The notes beneath the pieces were generated by a model. That model saw only the letters and a program-made list of their open reading frames with translations. It searched no databases and had not been told where the DNA came from. From positions 276,431 to 340,430 of the forward strand of contig CBDBKC010000032.1 in the NCBI GenBank assembly GCA_965206655.1: a stretch of DNA of 64,000 nt. Direction: 5' to 3'. Both the position numbers and the translations under genes were made by a program. Positions within the stretch are counted from its first letter, which is position 1. Each line of letters opens with the position of its first letter. This DNA is from Bryobacterales bacterium (lineage in GTDB: Bacteria > Acidobacteriota > Terriglobia > Bryobacterales > UBA6623). Shown piece after piece: positions 1 through 10,346 of this stretch.

Positions 1-253
1 CACTCAGTGTCAAGGTGCTCGCGGTCGATGTGCGGAAACGCACGATCGCCGTGCTACTGCCCATGCACAACACCCACATCGAGGACGGCTGGCGGCCGAT
101 GAAACCGAACTACGAGTCGAACCGGGGCGCTTCTACAAGGCAAAACTCGTTAGCGGCCGAGTGGACACAGTTAAACGCAACTGGCTCCAAATCGAGGCCG
201 ACGACAAGGTGAAAGTGAAGTTTCGGCTTCGGCGAATCCGGTTTCTGGACTAA
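1..253 (+). CDS. 3' part of a hypothetical protein (partial at window edge, probable 1-nt frameshift near 80-85)
   Basis: Frame 3 reads LSVKVLAVDVRKRTIAVLLPMHNTHIE; frame 2 continues GRLAADETELRVEPGRFYKAKLVSG...FRLRRIRFLD to TAA at 251-253. Confidence 0.4.
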   Translation, partial: TQCQGARGRCAETHDRRATAHAQHPHRGRLAADETELRVEPGRFYKAKLVSGRVDTVKRNWLQIEADDKVKVKFRLRRIRFLD

Positions 254-260
254 CCATTGG

Positions 261-2141
261 CTAGGGCCGGACCGGCTCTTCGATGGGCTCCCGCAGTTCG
301 ACGGCGACCCTAAATCCCAGGAAAGGGATCTTTGTCTCCGCCGGCCGGGGCTGGCGGAATGCGCACCGGAAGACCTTCCTGAGTTCGTCAGCCCAACTGC
401 TTCCGCGGACGACCATGAATCCGGCATCATACCGCTGCTTCCCCTCTCCACCGCCCGGATAGCGCTTATACTCGCTTGAAGTCCATTCGTAGACATTGCC
501 CGCCATGTCGTAAAGGAAGAACGGGCTGGCGTGAAACCTGCGCACGGGCGCCGTACCGATGTACGGGTCTTTGTAGTCTCTCAGCGCCTCCCACCGGAAG
601 TGACGCCCCGATGCAGCATCTCCCAAGTTTCCGACGCCCTCGGGAGGCGGCCAAGCATCACCCCAAGAAAAGAGTCGGCCGTCTCCGCCTCGTGCCGCAT
701 ACTCCCACTCGTGCTCCGTCGGTAGCCGATACCGGCGGCCCGAAGCCGTCTCGCCTGGGAGCTTGTTCAACCAATCGATGAACGCGAGCGCATCGGCTAA
801 GTCAACGTTGACTACGGGGTGGTCCGCCCCGTTGAGATTCACGCCTCGGTAGTCCCCCGATCTGTGGTTTCGGCGGAATCTTGCGAATTGTTCATTTGTT
901 ACCGGAGTGCTCTGCAGAAAGAAATCTGCGTTTAGGGTTATCGAATGTCGCTTTTCGTCCGGTTGATGGTCGGGATCATCGTCGAAGGAGCCGATCAATA
1001 CGCCTTCGGGCGCCGCTGGGATCCGCATAAATTTCATCTTCACCGAGTTAACGAAAGACTCCGTGCGATCGAGCGGTTTCAAGAATTCGGGGTAATGGCT
1101 CTCAAGACGCTGGTAGCGTGCGCGGTCGTGGTCGCTGAGGGCTTCTAATCGGGCGCGGCCCCTGAGCTCGGAGAGCAGCAAGCTTCCGTAGACGCCGAAG
1201 ACTCCATCCTTCACTCGCGCATTGGTCTCCGTTAGTTCCGTGAATGCCATGTGGTCGTAGTATTCCGGGCCCAGATGAATCTGCGGGACTCGGGCCGGGA
1301 GCCGATGAAAGAACCCTCGTATCGGCGCGCGAACGGGCGAATCGGGATCACCCGAAAAGTCCAGCCGATCAATGCGATGACACACCGCGCAAGACTGAGG
1401 CGCCCGCAGGCCCTCCGACTCGGGAAGCAGGTTCCCTTCGTCGTCAGACCGCACGGCGTGTCCCGTCAAGGCGCCGTCCTTGTCATACACCGCGAAGTTC
1501 CAAAACGTGTCCTCGCGCTTGCGCAGCACTTCGGCCTCAGGAAAGTCACTCTGCTTGTCGAAAGACTCAGCCACGATGAGCGTCCCCATTGGGAAGATCA
1601 ACACGTTGCGATTGTCGAAATAGTTGACCAGTGCATCGGCGATCCTATCTTTGTCGATGTGAAGGATTCTCCGCCGATGGAACGTGGCGCTATCAACAGG
1701 AATGTGCAGCCAATCAGGATTGTCACGATACGGGTGCTCATCCAGCAACGCCTGTAGATCGGGATACGGCTTCGTCAACTCGTAGTACTTTCCTTCGAAG
1801 TATTCTTCAAGCTCCGCCAGGCTCAACTCATTCGCGGGTTCGTCTCGCGTCGCGAGTTCCCAAAGCAACTCACGGTGTTGAGGGTCGATGCGCGCCAAGT
1901 CGATGCTGAGCGAGAGGCCGTCTTGAATCACGACGCTCCCGTCCATTACGCTGGGTGAACTCGCCGTCGCACCGAAGAGCGTCTGGAGTTGGTAGAGGAA
2001 CGAGGCAGCAAGGTAGTGGCTGTTGTGAACCGTTTGCCCGGGGATAGTGAGCTTCAATAGTTCCGAGTCATGCCGCTCCGAACACACCCCGGATAGCAGC
2101 ATGCAGCCCAACACAAACCCAGCCAAGTAGCCACGACGCAC
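261..2141 (-). CDS. Exported protein: CxxCH cytochrome (P460/c'-beta-like) domain fused to a C-terminal FGE-sulfatase (SUMF1/EgtB/PvdO) domain
   Basis: Signal peptide; FPMGTLIVAE...WNFAVYD...CAVCH; FGE motifs PVTNEQF, HPVVNV, RLPTEHEWEYAARG, LYDMAGNVYEW, RGSSW, GFRV. Confidence 0.8.
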   Translation of the reverse strand: MRRGYLAGFVLGCMLLSGVCSERHDSELLKLTIPGQTVHNSHYLAASFLYQLQTLFGATASSPSVMDGSVVIQDGLSLSIDLARIDPQHRELLWELATRDEPANELSLAELEEYFEGKYYELTKPYPDLQALLDEHPYRDNPDWLHIPVDSATFHRRRILHIDKDRIADALVNYFDNRNVLIFPMGTLIVAESFDKQSDFPEAEVLRKREDTFWNFAVYDKDGALTGHAVRSDDEGNLLPESEGLRAPQSCAVCHRIDRLDFSGDPDSPVRAPIRGFFHRLPARVPQIHLGPEYYDHMAFTELTETNARVKDGVFGVYGSLLLSELRGRARLEALSDHDRARYQRLESHYPEFLKPLDRTESFVNSVKMKFMRIPAAPEGVLIGSFDDDPDHQPDEKRHSITLNADFFLQSTPVTNEQFARFRRNHRSGDYRGVNLNGADHPVVNVDLADALAFIDWLNKLPGETASGRRYRLPTEHEWEYAARGGDGRLFSWGDAWPPPEGVGNLGDAASGRHFRWEALRDYKDPYIGTAPVRRFHASPFFLYDMAGNVYEWTSSEYKRYPGGGEGKQRYDAGFMVVRGSSWADELRKVFRCAFRQPRPAETKIPFLGFRVAVELREPIEEPVRP

Positions 2142-3108
2142 GTTCTTGCAATTGTAGAACGCGTAGCCACTCGCGCAGCGTTGGCTGAATCACGAAGGGC
2201 GGTTTCCAGACCCAGCTCGTCGCTATAATGTCGATGCTTTCGACCACCGGTATGTGCGCGTGAGAAAGTTCATCTTCAGTTTCCTCCTAGCCCTGGGCAT
2301 GCTCGCGATGCTCGAGATTGGCACGCGGCTCATCGTCGAACCGAAGAGCGCGGGCGTTCTCCTCCAACGCCCCATTCTCGAACTGTATCCCGGCATCGAA
2401 AACGCGGGCGACATCTTCTCGGAGGTAACACCCGAAACTCTCGATTGGACCCCCTATGAGCATTGGGTGATGCGGCCGAACCTACGAGGTCGCTTCTTTC
2501 GTACGAACTCGCTCGGTTTGCGCGGCAAGGAAACGACCATCGAGAAACCAGCGGGCCGCTTTCGCATCGCAGTGCTCGGAGGCTCCACCGCCTGGGGCTT
2601 AGGTGCTTCGAGCGACGCCAAAACCGTTCCCGGCCAACTCGAAACAATCCTCGCTGAAACGTACCCCGGACGGGACATTGAGGTCCTGAACGCCGCGCAG
2701 ATCGGTTACGTCTCGACCCAGGAGTTGATCTATTTCCAGCGAGTGATCTCCCCGATGCAGCCGGACCTCGTTGTGCTCCTCGACGGATACAACGACATCA
2801 ATGCCGATTTCATGAACATTGAGCCCGGCTGGCCCCAGAACGCCGCGCTGTTGAGGTCCCGCTATGAGGCTTCTTGGAAAGTGTTGCCGGCCCGCTACAA
2901 CCTCGATGCACTGCTGCGCCGTAGCCGTTTCCTGGCGGTCATCTCGGAGGCCTGGCCCGGTGCATCACGATCACCTTCGCCGCTGGGGGAGATTTCGGCG
3001 GGGGACACCGCTCGAACCTATATTGCCAACGTCACCGCTATCGCCCGTATCGCCGCGCCGGCTCCGGTGTGGGTCGCGCTACAGCCCAGCCTCATAGCAA
3101 CCACCAAG

Positions 3109-4774
3109 CCAGGATTTCCATTTTGGCCCTGGCACGGTGAAAGTATACACCCGCGCTGCCCCGAAGACCACGTCTTTCCGCGCTGAACCCTGCACATCAC
3201 CTCCGGCGGCAGGCCCCAAAGCCCGTCCGTCCGCTCACAGACGTTGATGGAGCGGGCTGAACGGCACACCGGCCGACACTGCTCCCTGCGAAGCCTTTTC
3301 GGAGCTAAAAACTGTTGATCCTCGTCCAGGTAACGCTACCCGCTCGGCAGCGGCAGCGCCCAGATCCTGTGCAGCATGTCACCGAACAGCCGCCGGTTCA
3401 GATGCCCCTCGGCCAGCAGCAACCAGTAGTAGCGCGCGTGCTTGACCAGCCGGCCGCCGGTCTTCATCAGCCGCTGCTGCAAGCTCGTGAGCGACCAACT
3501 CTTGATCCTGTTCGGCAGTCCGAGCCGCCGCCACAAGTTGCCCAGGTTGTAGGCCAGCACGCTGAGTTGCAGTCGCACTTCGTTGGCCCGAAAGCGATGG
3601 CACGAAAGCCGCGTCCAGTGCGTGGCCTGTTTGCCTTCTTTAATCCATTGCTCGGCCGTGCCGCGCTTGTTGTAGAAGCGCACCACCGACCGGCTTGGCA
3701 AGCTCATGTTGGTCACGATAAATCCGACCCGCGGGAACAGCTCACCGAGATGATGCTCGACCTTGGCCACGATGCGTCGCGGCTTGGACCAACTCTCCGC
3801 CTGATAGCGGAAGCTCTTGTAGCGCACCAAGGGCTTGCGACCCGGCCTGCCCGGCGGGCGAAACAAGATGTCTTCGATCGCCAATTCCAAGCTCTTGTTG
3901 GCCGGAATGCGAATGGCGTACTGCACTCCGCGTTCCTCCGAAAACTCATAAATCTCCGGCTTGGCAAAGGCCGCATCGCCCCGGAAGGTGACCTGTTTGC
4001 CCACAGCCTGTTGGCGCTTGATCTCGGGCAGCAGCAACTCCTTCCAGTCCTCAGCGCTGTGCACGTTGCCTGGACGCAGCTTCGCCGCCAGGCAATCCCC
4101 ATGCTGGTTGAACAACAACAGCGGGTGGTAGCAGACCGACTCGAAATGGCCGTTGTAGGCGCTGCCCTCTTGCTGGCCGTGGACAGGGCTTTCGGTCGAA
4201 TCCATGTCGAGCACGACGCGCTCGGAGTCGTCTTGCGTCTCGGCTTGCGCCACCAGCTCGCGGTTCACAGCCATCAGCCCCAGCAAGTTCTCCTCGCTCG
4301 CCAGCATCTCCGTCTCGAAGCTCTGCAGTCGCGAGGTCAGTGCCCCGCCGCGATCCCAGTTCCTCTTCGAGCCGATCAAGCGAAACGTCGGGTCAGCCGA
4401 CACTCGGACGGCGTCATTGAGGTCCTCGTAGCCTGCCAGCCGAGAGTAGACTGACTGCCGCAGCAGATCGGCCAGCGGGAACTTCTTGTTCAAGCCTTGC
4501 CGTGGGTCACTGAGGTGTTCGTCGATCAGCTTCCCGAGTCCGAGTCGCTCGTCCAGCTCGCGGACCAGGATCAGCCCGCCGTCGGAAGTGACACGCGATC
4601 CTTGGAAATCGACTTTCAATAAGCCGTTGAAGCTTAGCTGGAACGGTTTGTTTTCTTTTTCACCCATTGGGTGTTGATCTCCTCAGCGCCTTGAGTGCTT
4701 TCCAACCCGCATAAATAAAGGCGTCCGAGGCCACCCGATGGTTAGCAGAATCGAAACTAAAGTGGGAATCCGGG
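3109..4774 (-). mobile_element. IS1380-family element, copy 1 (1666 bp, 5-bp TSD CCAAG)
   Basis: Imperfect 16-bp TIRs CCCGGATTCCCACTTT / CCAGGATTTCCATTTT; CCAAG at 3104-3108 and 4775-4779; two further copies in the window. Confidence 0.95.
3336..4667 (-). CDS. IS1380 family DDE transposase
   Basis: TSDGGL, LDMDST, YNGHF..CYHPL, LRPGNVHS, RGDAAF and YNKRGTAEQWIKEGK motifs. Confidence 0.95.
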   Translation of the reverse strand: MGEKENKPFQLSFNGLLKVDFQGSRVTSDGGLILVRELDERLGLGKLIDEHLSDPRQGLNKKFPLADLLRQSVYSRLAGYEDLNDAVRVSADPTFRLIGSKRNWDRGGALTSRLQSFETEMLASEENLLGLMAVNRELVAQAETQDDSERVVLDMDSTESPVHGQQEGSAYNGHFESVCYHPLLLFNQHGDCLAAKLRPGNVHSAEDWKELLLPEIKRQQAVGKQVTFRGDAAFAKPEIYEFSEERGVQYAIRIPANKSLELAIEDILFRPPGRPGRKPLVRYKSFRYQAESWSKPRRIVAKVEHHLGELFPRVGFIVTNMSLPSRSVVRFYNKRGTAEQWIKEGKQATHWTRLSCHRFRANEVRLQLSVLAYNLGNLWRRLGLPNRIKSWSLTSLQQRLMKTGGRLVKHARYYWLLLAEGHLNRRLFGDMLHRIWALPLPSG

Positions 4775-5041
4775 CCAAGCCCTTGACGGAAGACGAACAG
4801 CGCATCGTTGGCGTCAAGGAAATCCAGGTGCCCCGCTATCGAGAGCGCGTCATCGAGGCCCATCGCGCGATGGCGCAAGCCGTCCAAGACGCGGGATTCC
4901 CGTCCATACAGCTCGAGGACTCGCTCGGAACCCAACCCACCCTGATATTCGCGGACGAATGCCACTTCGGTGACGACGGGGCAGAGCGAATCGCCTCTCG
5001 CATTGCCGCTCGCCTATCCGAGAGTTTTTAGCCGGAACCGC

Positions 5042-5710
5042 TTACTTTTTTACCCACACATAGGCGTGATTGCCGAGTTGCCGCGCGTGCGGACTCCGCA
5101 GAAGCAGCGCGTCGAGGTACCGCAAGGGAAACAGTAACCACCCCAGTACGAACCATGTCCCTCGTTTCAATCCAGCGGAACGGCATCCACAGCTTGGCGT
5201 ACTCGATCACGACAATCAGCAGCGTCGCGGTCGGTCCGGTAAGCCACCCCTCGCCGACGACCCGCATCGGAGCGACCAAGCGCCGAAGTCCGTCGAGACT
5301 AAACCGCCAGTAGTCGCGTGGATACTCGTGAAAGGGGTGGCAGAAAGGCGCGACAATGCGGCAACCACCTCCACCTTTGAGACATCGGCGGATCTCAGCA
5401 AGGAGTTGCACCGGGTCGGGCGTGTGTTCGATCACCGCGTCACAGTCAACGCGATCGAAGAACTCGTCCCGGGAAGGGGGAGGTTCTCCGCATCGCAAAC
5501 AACATCCACACCGGGCAGGGCAATCAGATCGACGTTGATGTATCCGTGTACGTCGTTTCCCGCCCCACCGATATACAGATTGCGCAGGCCGAGTGGGATG
5601 ATCTGTTCCCGGCTCGCCGCGCTGTACCAGACCGGCAAGGGGGGCTGCAGCATCCGTATCAAACGATTCGAACGCCGGCGCGACAGTTCACTCACCGGAT
5701 CAGCCTGCAT
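5042..5710 (-). pseudogene. Class I SAM-dependent methyltransferase (type 11-like), two frameshifts
   Basis: LYIGGAG...NVDL...DVVCDAENLP, then FFDRVDCDAVIEHTPDP...PFHEYPRDYWRF in another frame, then KRGTWFVLGWLLFPLRYLD...YVWVKK in a third segment; the first indel lies in C/G runs. Confidence 0.7.
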
Positions 5711-5797
5711 CAGAGTCGATTGTCTCAGATCACCGGCTGCAGCCTCGATGGCGCAACGTACCGTCCGCGCGGCGAGAGGTCGTAGTCAGAGATCTTC

Positions 5798-6673
5798 CTA
5801 AAGAAGGTGAAAGTAGCCGTTGCGCTCGATCACTTCGAGATCCATATCAAACAGACTCGACAAGCCTTCTGACGAAAGCACCTCATCCTTCGGTCCGTCG
5901 CGAAAGATGCGGCCGTCTTTCATCAGAACGATGCGGCCAATCTCTGGGATGATGTCGGGCAGGTGATGAGTCACGAGTATGACGCTGACTCCCGAGTGGG
6001 CGATCTTGCGTAGCGCCTCGCGTAGCTCATCGACCGCGCGCAGATCGAGGCTCGCACTCGGCTCATCAAGGATGAGCGCCTTCGGGCCGTGAACCAACGC
6101 CCGAGCGATCACAACGCGCCGCGATTCGCCCGAGGACATCTCCAACATGTCGTGGTCCGCGAGATAATCGATCTCAAGCTCGGCCATCACCTGCGCAACT
6201 TTCTCGCGCATCGCGTCGGTTACCTCATTGTGGGGCCAGATCTCGGCGCTACTGAAAAAGCCCGACATCACGGCTTCCGCGGCCGTGATCGGCCTCGTAC
6301 AAGTCTCCACCCAATCGGGTGAGACGATGCCCAACTGGGGACGCAGATGAAAAATGTTCCAGCGGTCTTTGCCGAGAATCTTGAGCGACCAGTCGTCGAC
6401 CGTTTGCAGTGGATGCAGCTCGCGCATGATCGTCTTGATCAGCGACGACTTCCCCGAGCCGTTCGGCCCCACGATCGCCACCTGCTCGCCCAGCGAGATC
6501 GACAGAGTGATTGCATCAAGAACGGTTCTCCGCCCCCGCATGACGCTGACGTTGCGGAAATCAATCAGCGAGGAATTTTGATTTGAGGAAGGCAGAAAAC
6601 ACTCCAGGGCGGCGGGGGAAAGAAACGGCGATCGTCGCCGAACCGCCGCGACGCCGTGCCAAGTCTCTTTCAA
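5798..6673 (-). CDS. ABC transporter ATP-binding protein (ModF/YlmA-like); true start probably further downstream
   Basis: Walker A GPNGSGKS, signature MSSGE, Walker B LILDEP, H-loop VTHH. Confidence 0.9.
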   Translation of the reverse strand: MKETWHGVAAVRRRSPFLSPAALECFLPSSNQNSSLIDFRNVSVMRGRRTVLDAITLSISLGEQVAIVGPNGSGKSSLIKTIMRELHPLQTVDDWSLKILGKDRWNIFHLRPQLGIVSPDWVETCTRPITAAEAVMSGFFSSAEIWPHNEVTDAMREKVAQVMAELEIDYLADHDMLEMSSGESRRVVIARALVHGPKALILDEPSASLDLRAVDELREALRKIAHSGVSVILVTHHLPDIIPEIGRIVLMKDGRIFRDGPKDEVLSSEGLSSLFDMDLEVIERNGYFHLL

Positions 6674-6688
6674 TCCAGACGCGATCTC

Positions 6689-7181
6689 TTAGTTAAGGAT
6701 ATTCGGTAACGCGTCGATTCCCGACTTGGCGATCATGCCGTCCTGCCGCGCGGTCACGCCGCTCACGCCAATGGCCCCGAGGAACTCGTCTTGCCAAATA
6801 ATCGGTAGTCCGCCTTCGAACGGCATCGCGCCCGGCAACGCTACCAGCGCCGTCCGATTGACGACCGCGTCTCCAAATACCTTTGTCGGGCGCTTGAAGT
6901 TCACGGCGCTCTTGGCCTTGCGAATCGCAACCTCGATGCTGCCTATCTGAACGCCATCCATGCGCTGCAGGTAAAGCAGGTTACCGCCGTCGTCCAGAAC
7001 AGCGATCACGACATTCCAGCCGTTCTTCTTCGCATGCGCCTCCGCGGCTGCGGCGATGCCTTTTGTCACTTCCAGCGTCAGGGCCTTCTTCGAGACCAGC
7101 TCCGCACTCGATCCAACACCCGCCAGGGCACAGCACTCCGACAAACGATGCCGCGAGAAACCGCTTCACATGTCTCATCAA
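6689..7181 (-). CDS. GlcG/HbpS-family heme-binding protein with signal peptide (1-nt frameshift near 7130)
   Basis: VVIAVLDDGGNL..LQRMDG, AIRKAKSA, GGLPI, GAIGVSG; the signal MRHVKRFLAASFVGVL is in the adjacent frame, with a GAGG-type RBS upstream. Confidence 0.8.
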
Positions 7182-7382
7182 CCTCTCCTCGTCCCGCCCC
7201 CGTAGGGCAACCGTGAAGGGGCTATCCTAACAAATCGCAGTAGCGACGGACACTCGTGTCTGTCCTGTTTGTGTCTGTCCTGCTGAACTCTCTCACCAAC
7301 CCGACAAACTCGCTGAATGATGCCCATTCCAATTCGAACCAATCACTTGGTAGTGGTCTTACGGGAACGGTAAACTAGAGCC

Positions 7383-8864
7383 ATGCCCAGCCCTGAAGAG
7401 CACGCTCTCCTCATGACGCGGCGGCAGCTCTTCGGCCGTACCAGCAGCGGCATCGGAATCGCCGCTCTCGGTTCCCTTCTCGGCCGCGACTTGCTTGCAG
7501 GTGCCACCGGCCCCAACGATCGCCCCGTCAATCCACAAACCGGCGGACTCGCCGATCTGCCGCACTTCGCACCCAAAGCCAAGCGCGTCATCTACCTGTT
7601 CCAATCCGGGGCGCCTTCGCAGATCGACCTCTACGACCATAAACCCATGCTGCGCAAGTTCCACGGCCAGGAACTGCCTGACTCGATTCGTAAAGGCCAA
7701 CGCATCACGGGCATGACCTCCGGGCAAGACTCCCTTCCGGTGGCATCGTCCATCTTCAAGTTCAAGCAGCACGGCCAGACCGGCACGTGGCTCAGCGAGC
7801 TGCTTCCGCATCAGGGCAAGATCGTCGATGACGTCGCGTACATCAAGACGCTTCATACCGACGCCATCAATCACGACCCCGCCATCACCTTCATCCAGAG
7901 CGGTTCGCAGCAGCCCGGCCGCCCCAGCATGGGTGCTTGGATGAGCTACGGACTGGGCAGTGAGAACCAGAACCTGCCGGGCTTCGTCGTCCTCGTTTCG
8001 CAGAAGAATTCGTTAAATAACGCTCAGCCGCTCTTCTCACGCCTGTGGGGACCCGGCTTTCTGCCTTCGCGCTACCAGGGTGTGCGCTTCCGCTCCAGCG
8101 GCGACCCGGTCCTCTACCTGTCCGATCCGCCCGGCGTCAGCAAGCAGGCCCGGCGTCGAATGCTCGACAGTTTGGCCGAGCTCAATCAGATGCGCTCCGA
8201 GGCCTTCGGGGATCCCGAGATCGATACGCGCATCGCGCAATACGAGATGGCCTATAGGATGCAGAGTTCCGTACCCGACCTGATGGACCTCTCCGATGAG
8301 CCCGACCACATCTTCGATCTCTACGGGCCCGACGCCCGCAAGCCCGGCACCTTCGCCGCTAACTGCCTGCTTGCCCGCCGTCTGGCCGAACGCGACGTCC
8401 GCTTTGTGCAACTGTTCCATCGCGGCTGGGATCAGCACAACGACCTGCCGCGCGACATCAAGCTTCAGTCGAAGTCCACCGACCAGCCCTCCGCCGCGCT
8501 CGTTCAGGACCTCAAACAGCGCGGCATGCTCGACGACACGCTCGTCGTTTGGGGAGGCGAGTTCGGTCGCACGGTTTACTGCCAGGGCGAGCTCACCGAA
8601 ACCAACTACGGACGCGATCATCATCCGCGCTGCTTCACCATCTGGATGGCCGGCGCCGGCGTCAAACCAGGAATTTCGATCGGCCAAACCGACGACTACT
8701 GCTACAACATCGTCGAAGACCCCGTCCACGTCCACAACCTCCAAGCAACCATCCTCCACCTAATGGGCATCGACCACAAGAAGCTCACCTTCAAGTACCA
8801 GGGCCGCCACTTCCGGCTCACTGATGTCCATGGCGAACTGGTCGAGAAGGTGCTCGCTTACTGA
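7383..8864 (+). CDS. DUF1501 family protein (Tat-type signal)
   Basis: TRRQLF signal, [46 protein letters not shown]; IS630 inserted at the TA of the presumed original stop codon. Confidence 0.9.
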   Translation: MPSPEEHALLMTRRQLFGRTSSGIGIAALGSLLGRDLLAGATGPNDRPVNPQTGGLADLPHFAPKAKRVIYLFQSGAPSQIDLYDHKPMLRKFHGQELPDSIRKGQRITGMTSGQDSLPVASSIFKFKQHGQTGTWLSELLPHQGKIVDDVAYIKTLHTDAINHDPAITFIQSGSQQPGRPSMGAWMSYGLGSENQNLPGFVVLVSQKNSLNNAQPLFSRLWGPGFLPSRYQGVRFRSSGDPVLYLSDPPGVSKQARRRMLDSLAELNQMRSEAFGDPEIDTRIAQYEMAYRMQSSVPDLMDLSDEPDHIFDLYGPDARKPGTFAANCLLARRLAERDVRFVQLFHRGWDQHNDLPRDIKLQSKSTDQPSAALVQDLKQRGMLDDTLVVWGGEFGRTVYCQGELTETNYGRDHHPRCFTIWMAGAGVKPGISIGQTDDYCYNIVEDPVHVHNLQATILHLMGIDHKKLTFKYQGRHFRLTDVHGELVEKVLAY

Positions 8865-9194
8865 GTCCCGCATAATATTCAGTTAATCGAACGACAAAGA
8901 AGATTGCTTCCAAAAGGCGGCGATCAAGCGCCGTTTGCGGCGCATGCGGCGCAAAGTCGTGCGCGCCCGCTCGTCGAGCTCCCAGTAGTCGTTGGGGCAG
9001 ACGTTGAGCAACTCGTGCTGCTTCCAGTAGGCCCAGATGTATTCCACCGGATTCAGCTCCGGGGCGTAGCCCGGCAAGTACTCGGTCTCGATGTGGCCCT
9101 GCGACAACGCGATGAACTCGCGCACCAACGCGCTGCGATGCGCCGGCAAGCGATCCCACACGATCAGCAACGGACGTTGTATGTGGCGCAGCAG
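8861..9194 (-). mobile_element. Truncated IS630 element (right TIR plus 3' end of transposase)
   Basis: TA followed by CTGAGTCCCGCATAATAT; matches the full copies up to 9194, where the IS5 element begins. Confidence 0.9.
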
Positions 9195-10298
9195 GACCTT
9201 GTTGCATGGATCATCCCGAAGGATGTCTTATCATTGGTTTTTTCAACGCTGGGGGTAGTCTAAATGCCACATAAGTTCAACGCAGCGCGCCGGCACAAGT
9301 TTGATAAGGTGCAGTACCGGGTGATCAACTGGGCGGAATATAACGAGAGCTTGCGCCAACGGGGTGACCTGACGATTTGGGTCAGTGAGGAGGCTCAAAG
9401 TGTGTGGAGCGCGCCGCGCCGCACGTCACGGGGTGGTCAGCGCAGATACTCGGATTTGGCGATCGAGACATGCCTGACGCTGCGCACGACGTATCGGCTT
9501 GCGTTGCGGCAGACGCAGGGACTTATGGGATCCATCGGCACGCTCATGGGGCTGGATATACGGGTACCGGATTACTCCACGCTGTCGCGTCGCGCAAACG
9601 GGGTGAGCATCGCTCAGGTGATGAGGCAAGCAGGATCTGTGCCTATCCATCTGGTGGTGGACAGTACCGGCCTCAAGATCTTCGGCGAGGGGGAATGGCT
9701 CGCACAGAAGCATAAAATCAAGGTAATACGCCGCCGCTGGCGCAAACTCCACCTCGGACTGGACCTGGCCAGCGGTGCGATTGTTTGCGCCGATCTGACT
9801 GACGATGACGCTGGAGACAGCACCGCCTTGCCCGGGCTTCTGGATCAACTGGATGCCCCGGTCACGGGCTTTCTGGCTGACGGCGCCTATGATGGGGCGT
9901 CTACACGGGATCTGCTGAGGGAACGGTATGGGGAGACCCTGGATGTGGTTATACCGCCGCCAAAGAACGCAGTGATCCGTCCGCAATCGGCGCGGGGTCC
10001 AACCGTTCGGGATCGCCATATTGCCCAGATCCGCAGCAATGGCCGTATGGCCTGGCAGGCGGCCACAGGGTACAACCAGCGCAGCCGGATAGAAACGCAG
10101 ATCGGCCGTTGGAAGAGCGTGATCGGCCCCAAGCTCAAATCCCGCAGCTTCTCCAGGCAGATCACGGAAATCACGGTCGGCCAGAAAGTTCTGAACACAA
10201 TGACCGCACTCGGACGGCCTGTGTTCGAACGCATCGCCTGACGCTACCGCTTGGGAAAGGGCGAATTCCATCTCCGCCCCGATCCATGCAACAACGCT
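9195..10298 (+). mobile_element. IS5 family (IS903 group) element, no flanking TSD
   Basis: 18-bp imperfect TIRs GACCTTGTTGCATGGATC / AGCGTTGTTGCATGGATC resembling IS903 ends. Confidence 0.9.
9264..10241 (+). CDS. IS5 (IS903 group) transposase
   Basis: NWAEYNESLRQRGDLT, PDYSTLSRR, VDSTGLK, WRKLHL, ADGAYD, YNQRSRIET. Confidence 0.95.
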   Translation: MPHKFNAARRHKFDKVQYRVINWAEYNESLRQRGDLTIWVSEEAQSVWSAPRRTSRGGQRRYSDLAIETCLTLRTTYRLALRQTQGLMGSIGTLMGLDIRVPDYSTLSRRANGVSIAQVMRQAGSVPIHLVVDSTGLKIFGEGEWLAQKHKIKVIRRRWRKLHLGLDLASGAIVCADLTDDDAGDSTALPGLLDQLDAPVTGFLADGAYDGASTRDLLRERYGETLDVVIPPPKNAVIRPQSARGPTVRDRHIAQIRSNGRMAWQAATGYNQRSRIETQIGRWKSVIGPKLKSRSFSRQITEITVGQKVLNTMTALGRPVFERIA

Positions 10299-10346
10299 AC
10301 ATATGTCGGGCATCTTAATTGTGGTTCATTCCGGAAGGAGCGAACA

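Larger units (their letters stand above)
2254..5031 (+). pseudogene. SGNH/GDSL hydrolase family protein interrupted by IS1380
   Basis: N-part has the TM anchor, LGGSTAWG and DGYND blocks; the C-part after the IS (4775-5031) has DECH. Removing the IS and one CCAAG restores ...IATTK|PLTEDEQ... in frame. Confidence 0.85.

Noticed and set aside
3315-4454. 379-aa antisense ORF in each IS1380 copy
   Set aside because: Shadow of the transposase; its recurrence simply reflects IS identity.
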